DNA of 32,884 nt from a virus. The DNA is taken from UHGV virus genome UHGV-2201191; one strand, 5' to 3'. Under the pieces are notes generated by a model, which searched no databases, had not been told where the DNA came from, and saw only the letters and a list, made by a program, of their open reading frames with translations. The stretch's first letter is position 1, and every line of letters starts with the position of its first letter. Shown here in pieces: positions 8,850 through 17,143 of the stretch. Made by a program: the position numbers and the translations under genes.

Positions 8850-9875
8850 TCAAAAAAGCGTCAGTTGGGGGTTGTAGTTCGTGAATCGTTCGAGTAAAAC
8901 CCGGAATGCAGTTGCCGCCACTGCAGGAACTTGCCCGTTGCCAATGGCTTTAAGTCGGTCCACTCTAGCGGCCACCCCATGAGCCACTCGACCCACGTCG
9001 GGTTCAGCTGACCACCACTCCCCGCAGTCATTTGTTTCCGCTCGTCCGGCGTGATAATTCCCTTGGCTTCCAGGGCTTTCATTTTCTGAAAAGCCCCACT
9101 TCCTCCGCACATGCCTTTTGTTCTTGGGGTAGGAAATCTGCTGGCTATAGTTCCCAAATTCGGGGACTTCCGATTGCCCTGGCTGGAGCCGCTGTCCTTC
9201 CAATCCCGTGAGGTTGGAGTCGGGAATTTTGCAATCTGGTCGTTCAGGTTCCGGCTTCGGGCTGGGTCTTCCCATCTTCTGGCTTCTCCCGTCCTGAAAT
9301 CCCTGGCTTGCGGGGTTGCAAATTTCATGGCCAGCCCCAGCGGCGGATTTGACAGCAAGTATCCACATGCGCTTTCTCTCATGCGGGGCGCCCACGTCGT
9401 CCGCTCCCAGCACCATCCATTCCGCATCGTACCCGATCGCGGCCAAGTCTCCAAGAACACATCCAAGCCCGCGAGAAGTGAGCATTGGGGAGTTCTCCAC
9501 AAAGACATATTGAGGTCGTACCTCGCCAACAATCCGGTGCATTTCCCGCCAGAGGCCGGAGCGGGCGCCGTCAATGCCGGCGCCTTTTCCTGCGGCTGAA
9601 ATGTCCTGGCACGGGAAGCCTCCAGATACCACGTCAACAAGGCCGCGCCACGGTCGTCCGTCAAAGGTGCGTACGTCATCCCAAACCGGGAAAGGCGGGA
9701 GTAAGCCGTCATTTTGTCGGGCGAGCAGTACGCTTGCGGGATAGGGTTCAAGTTCGACAGCGCAAACGGTGCGGAATCCGAGCAGCTCGCTTCCAAGTAT
9801 GCCTCCACCAGCGCCCGCGAAAAGAGCCAGCTCATTCACTCCCCCTCCTTTCTCGGCTCCCAGTAAACAGGCCAT
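8850..9875 (-). CDS. DNA (cytosine-5)-methyltransferase, orphan (no adjacent endonuclease)
   Basis: Motif I LFAGAGGG, motif IV GGFPCQDIS (catalytic PCQ), ENV motif VFVENSP, and C-terminal motif X AIGNGQVPAVA. A long variable TRD lies between them. Confidence 0.9.
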   Translation of the reverse strand: MACLLGAEKGGGVNELALFAGAGGGILGSELLGFRTVCAVELEPYPASVLLARQNDGLLPPFPVWDDVRTFDGRPWRGLVDVVSGGFPCQDISAAGKGAGIDGARSGLWREMHRIVGEVRPQYVFVENSPMLTSRGLGCVLGDLAAIGYDAEWMVLGADDVGAPHERKRMWILAVKSAAGAGHEICNPASQGFQDGRSQKMGRPSPKPEPERPDCKIPDSNLTGLEGQRLQPGQSEVPEFGNYSQQISYPKNKRHVRRKWGFSENESPGSQGNYHAGRAETNDCGEWWSAEPDVGRVAHGVAARVDRLKAIGNGQVPAVAATAFRVLLERFTNYNPQLTLF

Positions 9876-10177
9876 CCTTCATGGACGCAGGCTGCGCAGA
9901 ACTTGTACTGCATTAGCTCATGTTTACAGTTCGAGCATCTCCTTCGCATAGGATGCACCCACACCCGGCACGCGGCCCGCTTCTGGCGGACGGTATGGAT
10001 TTTCCCGGCAAGGTCCGTTGCCATTCTTAAGATCCTTTTTTCAGAGGGCATCAAAAGGTAATATGGCTCTCCAAATTCATGAATGGCGTGTTGCCGGATT
10101 TTCTGAATGGTTTCCCTGACGGACTCCACGGATTTTCCGCATTCGTAAAACGCTTTCTGTTCAGGCGTCATTTTCAT
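9836..10177 (-). CDS. Hypothetical protein with a C-terminal Cys-rich (CxxC...CxxC) zinc-finger-like motif (113 aa from ATG 10177)
   Basis: AAAGGAAG RBS upstream of ATG 10177. The C-terminus reads CSNCKHELMQYKFCAACVHEGW. Confidence 0.4.
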   Translation of the reverse strand: MKMTPEQKAFYECGKSVESVRETIQKIRQHAIHEFGEPYYLLMPSEKRILRMATDLAGKIHTVRQKRAACRVWVHPMRRRCSNCKHELMQYKFCAACVHEGWPVYWEPRKEGE

Positions 10178-10313
10178 TTTCTTCCTTTCTTTGTAAAAGA
10201 ACGACATTAACCGCTTGAAGAAGCCCTTTAACTTTACCAATCAAATAAAGGTAATACCCATACGCGGCGACGGTGGCTAAAAAAACTATAAGTTGCGCAA
10301 TATCAAATATCAT
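10161..10313 (-). CDS. Small membrane protein (50 aa, single TM)
   Basis: Strong SD GCAGAAAGGAGGAAGCAATG. Hydrophobic core IAQLIVFLATVAAYGYYLYLIG. Tightly packed between neighbours. Confidence 0.5.
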   Translation of the reverse strand: MIFDIAQLIVFLATVAAYGYYLYLIGKVKGLLQAVNVVLLQRKEENENDA

Positions 10314-10683
10314 TGCTTCCTCCTTTCTGCTCAATCTCCCACGGCCATTGCTCCACCTCATCACAGTAAATGATGGAAGCGTCTCCTGCGTAGTCGCGAA
10401 CGGTTATTTTGCATAAATCAAGGTCCTTAGAGACAATCGTAACGGGATAAATACTGCTACTATATACGAGCTTGTCCCCCGGCCAGACCCTCATGATGGG
10501 AGGAAACAAAGAAACAAGCCTATCCATATCTTCAATGCACGCTTTCTTGGTTTTCCAAAAATGGGAACTCTGGAAGAAACAATTGTAGCAACCAGCAACC
10601 CAGTCGGTTGTTATTCCATGGACATCATATCCTCGAATGGGTTTCAACGGTACACCGCAAATAGGGCATTTAGGCGTTTTCAT
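10303..10683 (-). CDS. Hypothetical protein with N-terminal zinc ribbon (CPICG...CYNC), 126 aa
   Basis: An internal ATG at 10683 overlaps the RusA stop by 14 nt, which suggests coupling. The track's longer ORF start lies inside the rusA coding region. Confidence 0.4.
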   Translation of the reverse strand: MKTPKCPICGVPLKPIRGYDVHGITTDWVAGCYNCFFQSSHFWKTKKACIEDMDRLVSLFPPIMRVWPGDKLVYSSSIYPVTIVSKDLDLCKITVRDYAGDASIIYCDEVEQWPWEIEQKGGSNDI

Positions 10684-11068
10684 CGTCCCTCCTTTCAAAC
10701 ACGATTTCCACCTGTCCGGCGCGGCCCAAGTCATGCACGCGGTCAATCCCCGCGCAGTCCAGCGTCCGGTCGTCAATGCCCAGGGCCTTGCAGGCTCCGT
10801 CCAGGTACGCCTTGCAGCGGGCAAGGCGGTTGTCCGCATCCGGTTTATTGCCCTTGTAAAACCAGATCACCCGGTAATGCGTCGGCATCATCCTGCGGCC
10901 ATTCAGGGCTTCACAAGTCCGGCCCCAGGCTATATTCCGGGCACGGCTCTTGGCAGCCGTCTTCTTATAACCGGCCACAATGGCCCCCCTCTGCGTGAGG
11001 GGAGTCTTGGCGTTAGGCGAGAGTTCCCGCGGAGTGTGGGGCAAAGTAATGGTCAATGTGGTCATCAT
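10670..11068 (-). CDS. rusA: RusA-family Holliday junction resolvase
   Basis: N-terminal ITLPHTPRELSPNAK and the catalytic signature KPDADNRLARCKAYLDGACKALGIDD (D-x-D-N...K...D). Size about 130 aa. Confidence 0.8.
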   Translation of the reverse strand: MMTTLTITLPHTPRELSPNAKTPLTQRGAIVAGYKKTAAKSRARNIAWGRTCEALNGRRMMPTHYRVIWFYKGNKPDADNRLARCKAYLDGACKALGIDDRTLDCAGIDRVHDLGRAGQVEIVFERRDDENA

Positions 11069-12201
11069 GCCTCACCTCCTTCCACTTCCTTCACGGATCC
11101 GTCAGAAACCTTCACTTCCGCGCATCCGGCCAGCGTCTTCCGCAGCCAGTTCTTGGACTCGGCCACCTTGGCGCCGGCATCCGCAGCCTTGCGCACGCCA
11201 TGCACCAGCTTGTCAAGGTCGGTAATCCCTACCTTGCAGCAGCCTGTGAACGCAGCCGCCGTGATGCCGTCCGGGAATAAGCCGTTGAGGATTTGAAAGG
11301 CCGCAGCGGCATCCGTAATCGTAAACGCCTTCTTGCCGGGAGCCAGAACCAGACCGGGAATCTCCACCTCGGCTTTCAAATCCGCCTTCACCTTGGACTC
11401 CACGGAAGCCGCCCACCGCTTCGCCAGTTTGGCAAGATCGTAGGCTTCCCTCCGTTTTTCGGGAGACCATTCCTCCCAGGCTGCTGTCAAATCCCCGGAC
11501 GTCACCTGCACCAAAGCCAGCTTCACCGCCGGGCAGGAAGACTGGGCCCGGCAATACCGGCAAGCCTTCTCGCTGGGCTTCAACGGGGCGTGCTCATCCT
11601 GTGCCTGCTCAATGCAGGCCCGGAAAAACGCCCGCGCCTGCTCCACGCTCTCGCGGGTGTACCCGCATACGGCAGGCTCCTTCCGGCTCGCGTAAGGCTG
11701 CAAAATGCACACAAACACCTCGTCTATATCCCCCTCGTCAAACATATCCATCACCAGCACAGCCAGGGCGCTCAACTGCAAATTGCACTCGGCAGCCGCC
11801 ACGGGGAGACGGCCGAACTTGTAATCAACCACGAAAGCCTTGCGTACTCCCACGGCAACCAAATCCGGCTTGCCGGAGAACAGACGGTCGCCGCGCTCAA
11901 ACAACCTGAGTTCCCGATAACGGATGTACGAGCATCCCAGATACTTGTTGCACAGGGAGTCTTCCATCTCGCGGCACCAGGCTACGGCCTCCGCGTCCTC
12001 CGGATCCTCCGGCATCGTCCCCTGTTCCATGCAGGCGTGCAGCATCGTGCCCAGGGCGGCGTCCTCGCTCTCTTCATCCACGGGACACTTCTTCTCCGCC
12101 TGCCAGGACCCGGGGCAGAGGAAAAGCCGCTGCATCCCGCTCGCGCTGGGCAGCCCCTGACGTTCATCCTTAATCATATCCATTGCGTCCATCATCGTCA
12201 A
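11065..12201 (-). CDS. PD-(D/E)XK nuclease, Cas4/RecB-like (DUF2800-type) exonuclease
   Basis: GKPDLVAVG...VVDYKFG (D...D/E-x-K) plus four Cys (LFLCPGSW ... CRYCRAQSSCP), suggesting an Fe-S cluster as in Cas4/AddB. It is adjacent to a putative annealing protein. Confidence 0.7.
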   Translation of the reverse strand: MTMMDAMDMIKDERQGLPSASGMQRLFLCPGSWQAEKKCPVDEESEDAALGTMLHACMEQGTMPEDPEDAEAVAWCREMEDSLCNKYLGCSYIRYRELRLFERGDRLFSGKPDLVAVGVRKAFVVDYKFGRLPVAAAECNLQLSALAVLVMDMFDEGDIDEVFVCILQPYASRKEPAVCGYTRESVEQARAFFRACIEQAQDEHAPLKPSEKACRYCRAQSSCPAVKLALVQVTSGDLTAAWEEWSPEKRREAYDLAKLAKRWAASVESKVKADLKAEVEIPGLVLAPGKKAFTITDAAAAFQILNGLFPDGITAAAFTGCCKVGITDLDKLVHGVRKAADAGAKVAESKNWLRKTLAGCAEVKVSDGSVKEVEGGEA

Positions 12202-12212
12202 CAGGTCAGGGG

Positions 12213-13241
12213 TTAATGCTCAAAAGAACCAAAGGAAGGCACATCCTCCGGCACATCCAGCCCGGGAATACCGTCTACCGGCGCCGGAGCGGTTGCAGGC
12301 GGCGGGGCCTGCACCGTCCTGGCAGACGCCTTGGAAGCGGGAGCAGACGCAGGAGTCTTCGGCAGGGCAGGTTCCCTGGCGGGCTGGTCGTCATCCGGGA
12401 ACACATCCTTCACCCGAACCATCCCGTCGGCAATACTGTTAAACACCTTACCCAGCTTCACTACCTCCGGCATGGTCGTCTCCTCCAATTTGTGCCCCAA
12501 ATTCGCCTCCAGCATCGCGCGGGAAACGCCGTACTCCCGGAACTTCGCCTCCAAAGACCGGATAATATCCGCCAGAGGCCGGGAATCGCCATTCTCCAGC
12601 GTCTTCTTCGTCACTGCCAAAGCCTCCTCCGTCAGCCACCCGGGAAGAACCTGTAAAATGCAGGCGCGGATGCGGCGGGAAGCCATATTGGCACAAAGCT
12701 CGTAAATATCGCGCTCACTATCCAGCGGCACCCGCAACATCTTCCCCGTCTTCTTCCCTCTGGCATCAGTTTCAGCTTTATCTCGGGTATGAGGAACCGA
12801 AAAGGAAATCTCTCTCCTCACGTTGGTCTCCTTGTCAAAACAAAACGCCACACACTCGGAAACCATGCAGCCCTTGCCGTCCGTTCCCTTTGGATCCCAG
12901 TGCCGGGCAACCTCCTTCCATCCGGCCTCCGCATTCCCCCAGGCCCCGATCAGCGCCTCCGCCAACCGGATGCTGGGTCCCTCCACCGTCGTTCCCCCGC
13001 GGGGAAAAGCATACGTGGCGGACTGCGCCAGCGTCAGCCGGGAACAAGCCTGGTTCATGCGGGCCGTCACTTCGGCCAAATCCCGCGGAAACTGCTTGGC
13101 AATCCAAATGGAGGCCAGCACGGAAGTAACGGCTGCATTGCTCGTCATGGCAGCCAGGGCCCCGCCTCCGGCGGAAGCCTGAACGGCAAACGGATTGCCC
13201 GGCGCTTGATTGGAAAGTTCGTTTGTAGTATTGGTATTCAC
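12213..13241 (-). CDS. Putative single-strand annealing protein (RecT/Red-beta-like), GTG start, Pro/Ala-rich C-terminal tail
   Basis: Position immediately upstream of the Cas4-like nuclease in a recombination module. Assigned by context; the C-terminal low complexity PASAPASKASARTVQAPPPATAPAP is seen directly. Confidence 0.45.
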   Translation of the reverse strand: MNTNTTNELSNQAPGNPFAVQASAGGGALAAMTSNAAVTSVLASIWIAKQFPRDLAEVTARMNQACSRLTLAQSATYAFPRGGTTVEGPSIRLAEALIGAWGNAEAGWKEVARHWDPKGTDGKGCMVSECVAFCFDKETNVRREISFSVPHTRDKAETDARGKKTGKMLRVPLDSERDIYELCANMASRRIRACILQVLPGWLTEEALAVTKKTLENGDSRPLADIIRSLEAKFREYGVSRAMLEANLGHKLEETTMPEVVKLGKVFNSIADGMVRVKDVFPDDDQPAREPALPKTPASAPASKASARTVQAPPPATAPAPVDGIPGLDVPEDVPSFGSFEH

Positions 13242-13276
13242 GTTATTAGTATTCTATTGGTTAGCTATTGATAACA

Positions 13277-13307
13277 GGCCGGGGACCAGTTGGCGCTGGC
13301 CCCGGCC
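13277..13307. other. GC-rich hairpin in the intergenic region between the 274-aa gene and the RecT-like gene
   Basis: GGCCGGGGACCAG ttggcg CTGGCCCCGGCC is a 13-bp stem with one mismatch. U-rich sequence follows on the plus strand. Confidence 0.5.
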
Positions 13308-13315
13308 AACTCATT

Positions 13316-14140
13316 TTATCGGTCAATTTCTCCGGTGAAGGCGGATTTCGTGCACATGCACACGGCACCACGGTGAATCCGGTTCTCCGGCAGCTCCATT
13401 GCCAGCTTGTCGGCAATATCCTTAATCGCGTTTCGCTCCGGGATATCCGCACGGATAAGCTGGTACACAAAAAACAGCTTCCCATCAGCCAGGCGCACAC
13501 GCAGGCGCACCTTGATTTGATACGTGGTATCTCCTTCGGCTCCCCGGATAACCGGAATCGCAATCGTGAACTCCGTGGGAACATTCAATTCCCCGGACTT
13601 GGAATCCACCGTTTCGTTGTAGGTCAGCTTCGTTTCGCCGTCGGAAGCGCGGTAAGCGCTCTTGAACTCCACCTTGCGGTGCATATCGAACTTGCTCGCC
13701 AGCGTCAGCATTTCAGACGGGGTGGGCTCCATCACGTCCTTACTGTTCTCTTCAAGGAATTCAACAAAATCCTTTTGAGACATAGCTTGTCCGTCGTATT
13801 TGGTCCAATTCTCCCATTCCACCGTCTTATTGAGCTGCATGGTGGCGTGATGATCACCCCATCCATTACCATCCTTGGAATAATAATTGAGCACGGCGTG
13901 TACATCTCTGTCGCTCACGTAAATCACGCTCCTGACGCCATTTTCGGCATCCTCCGCCTTCACGAAATCTGCCAGCGTTTCCAGATCCAGCAATTGGACT
14001 CCCCCTGACTTGCGCGGAGGCGTCAACGCCAGGCAATCCAGATGATAAAGGGTATATCCATCCGGCACGACGGCGGCACGGCCATTCGCCACTTCCTGCA
14101 CGCGGACGGCTGCCAGAGTATCTTCATTCAAGTTATCCAT
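13316..14140 (-). CDS. Hypothetical early protein (274 aa), possibly DUF2303/YfdQ-like
   Basis: Size and location next to the recombination genes, as often seen for YfdQ-like prophage proteins. No motif proof. Confidence 0.35.
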   Translation of the reverse strand: MDNLNEDTLAAVRVQEVANGRAAVVPDGYTLYHLDCLALTPPRKSGGVQLLDLETLADFVKAEDAENGVRSVIYVSDRDVHAVLNYYSKDGNGWGDHHATMQLNKTVEWENWTKYDGQAMSQKDFVEFLEENSKDVMEPTPSEMLTLASKFDMHRKVEFKSAYRASDGETKLTYNETVDSKSGELNVPTEFTIAIPVIRGAEGDTTYQIKVRLRVRLADGKLFFVYQLIRADIPERNAIKDIADKLAMELPENRIHRGAVCMCTKSAFTGEIDR

Positions 14141-14188
14141 ATAATTTAATTCTATGATGTTTATATTGTTATAGGGTTGTTGGAGAAC

Positions 14189-14584
14189 TTAAGCCTGCTT
14201 CACCTTCCTGGGAGTATCGGCAGCATCAACATCGGCAGCAGCCGGGAATGTCACCTTCACAGGAGCATCCAGGTCCAGTTTCCCCTGGGCTGGGTCGTCC
14301 GTGTGCAGGGTGCCGGAGGTATCGGCAAACATAATGCGCGGGGCAATCGTCGGATCCGGGATAGAAGCCGTAACCTTCGGCTCGATTACCACCTGATTCA
14401 CGCCTCCCTTGCGCTTCACGTTCAGCTTAAGAGTCAGGGAACCATTATTCCCGGTTGCCAGCACGGCGGAAACAAGGCTGGTCATCTTGGTATCCAGGGC
14501 CTCCAAAAGAGCCCCTTCGTTAATTTCGGAAAGCCCTTCAAAAAAGACATCTCCGGGCACTTGTCGTTTAGTTACTTCACTCAT
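14189..14584 (-). CDS. Hypothetical early protein (131 aa)
   Basis: Minus ORF preceded by the AACCAATAGA motif 8 nt before its ATG. Confidence 0.4.
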   Translation of the reverse strand: MSEVTKRQVPGDVFFEGLSEINEGALLEALDTKMTSLVSAVLATGNNGSLTLKLNVKRKGGVNQVVIEPKVTASIPDPTIAPRIMFADTSGTLHTDDPAQGKLDLDAPVKVTFPAAADVDAADTPRKVKQA

Positions 14585-14656
14585 GATGTTATCTATTGGT
14601 TATTGCTTCCTCATGCCGTGAGGGCGGGACGGTTTGGAAAAACCGTCAAAAGCTTT

Positions 14657-14926
14657 TCAGTTTTTCAAGGATTCGCGGTACTCGCGATTCTTTTCGTCGC
14701 AAAGCTCTTCAGCTTTCTCCAGGGCCTTGTCTCTGGTTACCCCGATGTGGTCGCCGAAGTAGATGGAGCATATATATTTATCGTTATTCTCACCTTCACG
14801 GCGAACATCAAAGCATCCACATGATTCATCAACATAGTAAGGGCATTCCAATTTAATTTTTTCTATTGGTTTAATCAAAACCAGCCTGGAAAAATCCACC
14901 TCCCCCCCATCCGCGGGGGTTTGCAA
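14657..14926 (-). CDS. Hypothetical Cys-containing small protein (start uncertain: 14926, or TTG 14878 giving about 73 aa)
   Basis: Minus ORF in the low-GC early region. It overlaps the upstream ORF by 56 nt at the annotated start, across a CCCCCCC/GGGGG hairpin. Confidence 0.3.
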   Translation of the reverse strand: MQTPADGGEVDFSRLVLIKPIEKIKLECPYYVDESCGCFDVRREGENNDKYICSIYFGDHIGVTRDKALEKAEELCDEKNREYRESLKN

Positions 14927-15230
14927 TTTTATCTATCGTAATGAGTACTTGTCCATCGTGGCTTTCATCTTCTAGAACTTTGTAATCTATACCTTCGTCC
15001 AGCATGCCAGCCCATTTCCTCCCCTTGTAATCGGGCCTGACTATATCGCCCTTTCTGAATTTCCTCTTCGGGTCATATTGATTAACATCCCGTTCAAAGA
15101 AGTCATAACCGAAAAGAAATTTATGCCCTCCTTTTAGTTCTAAGGCTACGGATTTCAGTTTATCAAATACTTCACATATTGTGCCTTTGATTTGTACTTT
15201 TGTTCCAACAGTGCAATCTTTAAATTCCAT
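14871..15230 (-). CDS. Hypothetical protein (119 aa)
   Basis: Minus ORF in the low-GC region. No recognisable motif. Confidence 0.4.
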   Translation of the reverse strand: MEFKDCTVGTKVQIKGTICEVFDKLKSVALELKGGHKFLFGYDFFERDVNQYDPKRKFRKGDIVRPDYKGRKWAGMLDEGIDYKVLEDESHDGQVLITIDKIANPRGWGGGGFFQAGFD

Positions 15231-15247
15231 TTTATTTATTTTGTTAA

Positions 15248-15643
15248 TCAGTTAAAAAAGGTTTTAATCAGCAGGAAGAAGACAAATAAGATAAATCCTC
15301 CTGCCAAGACGATCAGAGACCACACAAAAAAGGCCATGAACTTTTCAAAGAGCCTTTCTATCCAGAAGGCTTTGGGCTTGGCATCATGTGTGTAGTTCCA
15401 GCTCCGTTCCGCGTCGTCCGGGATGCCGTTGAGGCGTTCCCTGGCGCACAAAGGACACAGAAACCGGGCGCAGAAGACGCCGTTCTGATGGTCCCCTACC
15501 AGGGACATCCATGAAGTCGAGGCTTTCAGCGGCTCGGCGCACATGTAACAGCGGGCCGTCTTGGACGGGTGCGGGTTGTCGGTGAGCGTTTCCACCATCC
15601 CCTTGTAGGGGCCCCGGTCGATCAGGTGTTGATACGTAGTCAT
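15248..15643 (-). CDS. Hypothetical Cys-rich protein with C-terminal transmembrane anchor (131 aa)
   Basis: CYMC...FCARFLCPLC motifs. C-terminal TM segment FFVWSLIVLAGGFILFVFFLLI. Confidence 0.4.
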   Translation of the reverse strand: MTTYQHLIDRGPYKGMVETLTDNPHPSKTARCYMCAEPLKASTSWMSLVGDHQNGVFCARFLCPLCARERLNGIPDDAERSWNYTHDAKPKAFWIERLFEKFMAFFVWSLIVLAGGFILFVFFLLIKTFFN

Positions 15644-15951
15644 TTTCTGTTGTTGGTTAAGTATTTTTCCACGTCTTCCATGTTGTAAAGGGTTCCTTTT
15701 CCAACCCCTTCCAGCCTTCTTATGTTCTTCCCGGCCCGTGCGAGGATGTTGTCCATCTGACGGGACGAAATGTCATAGTAAATGGCTAATGTGGAGCTGC
15801 GTGCGTACTTTTTTTCGGTTGCTCCGAAAAGGGAAACGGAAGACGATTCCGGCGTAGAAGGAACAGGCGTGGTTGCCAGCTCCCGCAATACTCCGGCCAG
15901 CGTTTCCAGCGCGGTCGCAAGGGTGGTCATTGTTGTTTTGTTTTCGCTCAT
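15640..15951 (-). CDS. Putative HTH DNA-binding protein, excisionase/AlpA-like
   Basis: The segment IYYDISSRQMDNILARAGKNIRRLEGVGKGTLYNMEDVEKYL resembles excisionase-type HTH_17 domains. Confidence 0.45.
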   Translation of the reverse strand: MSENKTTMTTLATALETLAGVLRELATTPVPSTPESSSVSLFGATEKKYARSSTLAIYYDISSRQMDNILARAGKNIRRLEGVGKGTLYNMEDVEKYLTNNRK

Positions 15952-16089
15952 GTTCGTTCTTCTAAATTGGCCGCCCGGACGGGATTTTACGCCCCGCGCC
16001 TGCCAGACCGTATTTCTCTATCTACCGTTTTTTCGATTTGTGTTTTGGTTTTAGGCCCCACCTGGGCCGGGCGATTGGTTAAAAGTCGT

Positions 16090-16257
16090 TTAGTCGTCGT
16101 AGTGTCCGTCCGGGTTGTCGCACTGCGGGGCGTGGTCAAAATCCCACTCGTCAAGGGCCTGTTGCAGCTCCTCTATGAGGCCTATAGCTCTTCCGTAGGA
16201 GATGGCTTCTCCGTCCACCCGGATACACCGGTCTTCGTCGTCGTATTCAATGATCAT
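16090..16257 (-). CDS. Small acidic protein (55 aa), below the ORF-track size cut-off
   Basis: Hand-translated: MIIEYDDEDRCIRVDGEAISYGRAIGLIEELQQALDEWDFDHAPQCDNPDGHYDD. Its start overlaps the upstream gene end by 11 nt. Confidence 0.3.
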   Translation of the reverse strand: MIIEYDDEDRCIRVDGEAISYGRAIGLIEELQQALDEWDFDHAPQCDNPDGHYDD

Positions 16258-16519
16258 TGTTGCCGGAGGATTTAGATTTATTCACCAGCTCGGAAAACTC
16301 GTCTACTGGCTCGGAGGGCAATAATGCGCCGGGAATGGCTTCAAGGCTCAATCCTAAAAGCCTCCGGGCTCCGTAAATTCTCCCTGCGTATTTCATCCGG
16401 AAAATTTTATCTTCCGGGTCCGTAGAGAGATAATACATTTGAACATCCTCCTTCGTTTCGAGCTTGAGAACCTTGTCCAGCTCTATGAGAAGTTCAACTA
16501 TGTTTTTATCCTTATCCAT
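16247..16519 (-). CDS. Hypothetical protein (90 aa)
   Basis: Minus ORF in the low-GC early region. Confidence 0.4.
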   Translation of the reverse strand: MDKDKNIVELLIELDKVLKLETKEDVQMYYLSTDPEDKIFRMKYAGRIYGARRLLGLSLEAIPGALLPSEPVDEFSELVNKSKSSGNNDH

Positions 16520-16521
16520 AT

Positions 16522-16758
16522 TTATCGGTTGGCAGTTTCGGTTTTCTTTACAGGTGGTTCACCACCTATAGATAAAAAAACTCCCTTCTTTTTGATTCTC
16601 TTTTTTAGAGGTGGTTCACCACCCGCGAGTAAAAAAACTACTTGCCCGGAAACTGATCTTTGTTCTTTCCGCGCAATCAATTTTATTTGCTCAAATAAGT
16701 CAATAGGGAGGTTAATTGTTATTTGCTTTTTCTCGTATTTCTCGGGCGATGTTTTCAT
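16522..16758 (-). CDS. Ribbon-helix-helix (CopG/Arc-like) DNA-binding protein with a repeat-encoded C-terminal tail
   Basis: KQITINLPIDLFEQIKLIARKEQRSVSGQVVFLL has the beta-strand/helix/helix RHH signature. The 3-prime third is the duplicated 31-bp element. Confidence 0.5.
   Translation of the reverse strand: MKTSPEKYEKKQITINLPIDLFEQIKLIARKEQRSVSGQVVFLLAGGEPPLKKRIKKKGVFLSIGGEPPVKKTETANR
16552..16639. repeat. Two copies of a 31-bp element: AGGTGGTTCACCACC, a 6-nt spacer, then TAAAAAAACT. Each copy is preceded by a T-run.
   Basis: Copies lie at 16552..16582 and 16609..16639. The core is a 16-bp near-palindrome. The flanking T-run/A-run gives larger dyad symmetry. Confidence 0.7.
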
Positions 16759-17143
16759 AATCTTCGGGTGTAAGGATTACGTTTTGAGTTTGTTGAACTA
16801 AATAAGCGGTAATGATTTCAGTCATCGTCATATTCAGTTCTTTTGCTCTCTTTTGAAATTTTCGGAAGAGGACGATGGGGATCCATACTGAAATCTGTTT
16901 TTTGTCTATCTTCCGTTGACTTGGCATGCGCTCAACATAATCGGTGGTTAACCACCAGTCAACACTATTTTTCATTTTTTTTACATTTTTTTCATCCAGC
17001 ATCATTCCGGATCTCCTTCCTAATTTTTTTTCATCATTAGAATTAAGCGCGTAATGTAGATAAGTAGACACATCTACATTGATATGCACACCTAAGGAAT
17101 CTTTGATCGCCGAACGAGGAAACGAGGAGATTGACGAGTTCAT
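16712..17143 (-). CDS. Protein with C-terminal ribbon-helix-helix domain (143 aa), paralogous to the downstream RHH protein
   Basis: KQISVWIPIVLFRKFQKRAKELNMTMTEIITAYL parallels the RHH motif of the 16522..16758 protein. It is coupled to the upstream TM peptide by ATGA. Confidence 0.5.
   Translation of the reverse strand: MNSSISSFPRSAIKDSLGVHINVDVSTYLHYALNSNDEKKLGRRSGMMLDEKNVKKMKNSVDWWLTTDYVERMPSQRKIDKKQISVWIPIVLFRKFQKRAKELNMTMTEIITAYLVQQTQNVILTPEDYENIAREIREKANNN

Noticed and set aside
8861-9835. 324-aa alternative-frame minus ORF overlapping the methyltransferase
   Set aside because: The 8850..9875 frame carries the full C5-MTase motif set. The other frame is low-complexity (Pro/Arg/Ser-rich), consistent with an artefactual frame.
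16000-16050. GGCCC-aggtg-GGGCC hairpin in the Xis-like/55-aa intergenic region as a terminator
   Set aside because: The stem is only 5 bp. The U-run precedes the hairpin and an A-run follows it on both strands, so it is not a canonical intrinsic terminator.
16552-16639. The 31-bp repeats as a pair of intrinsic terminators
   Set aside because: On either strand the U-run is 5-prime and the A-run 3-prime of the hairpin, and the stem is weak (5-6 bp). A protein-binding dyad is the better interpretation.
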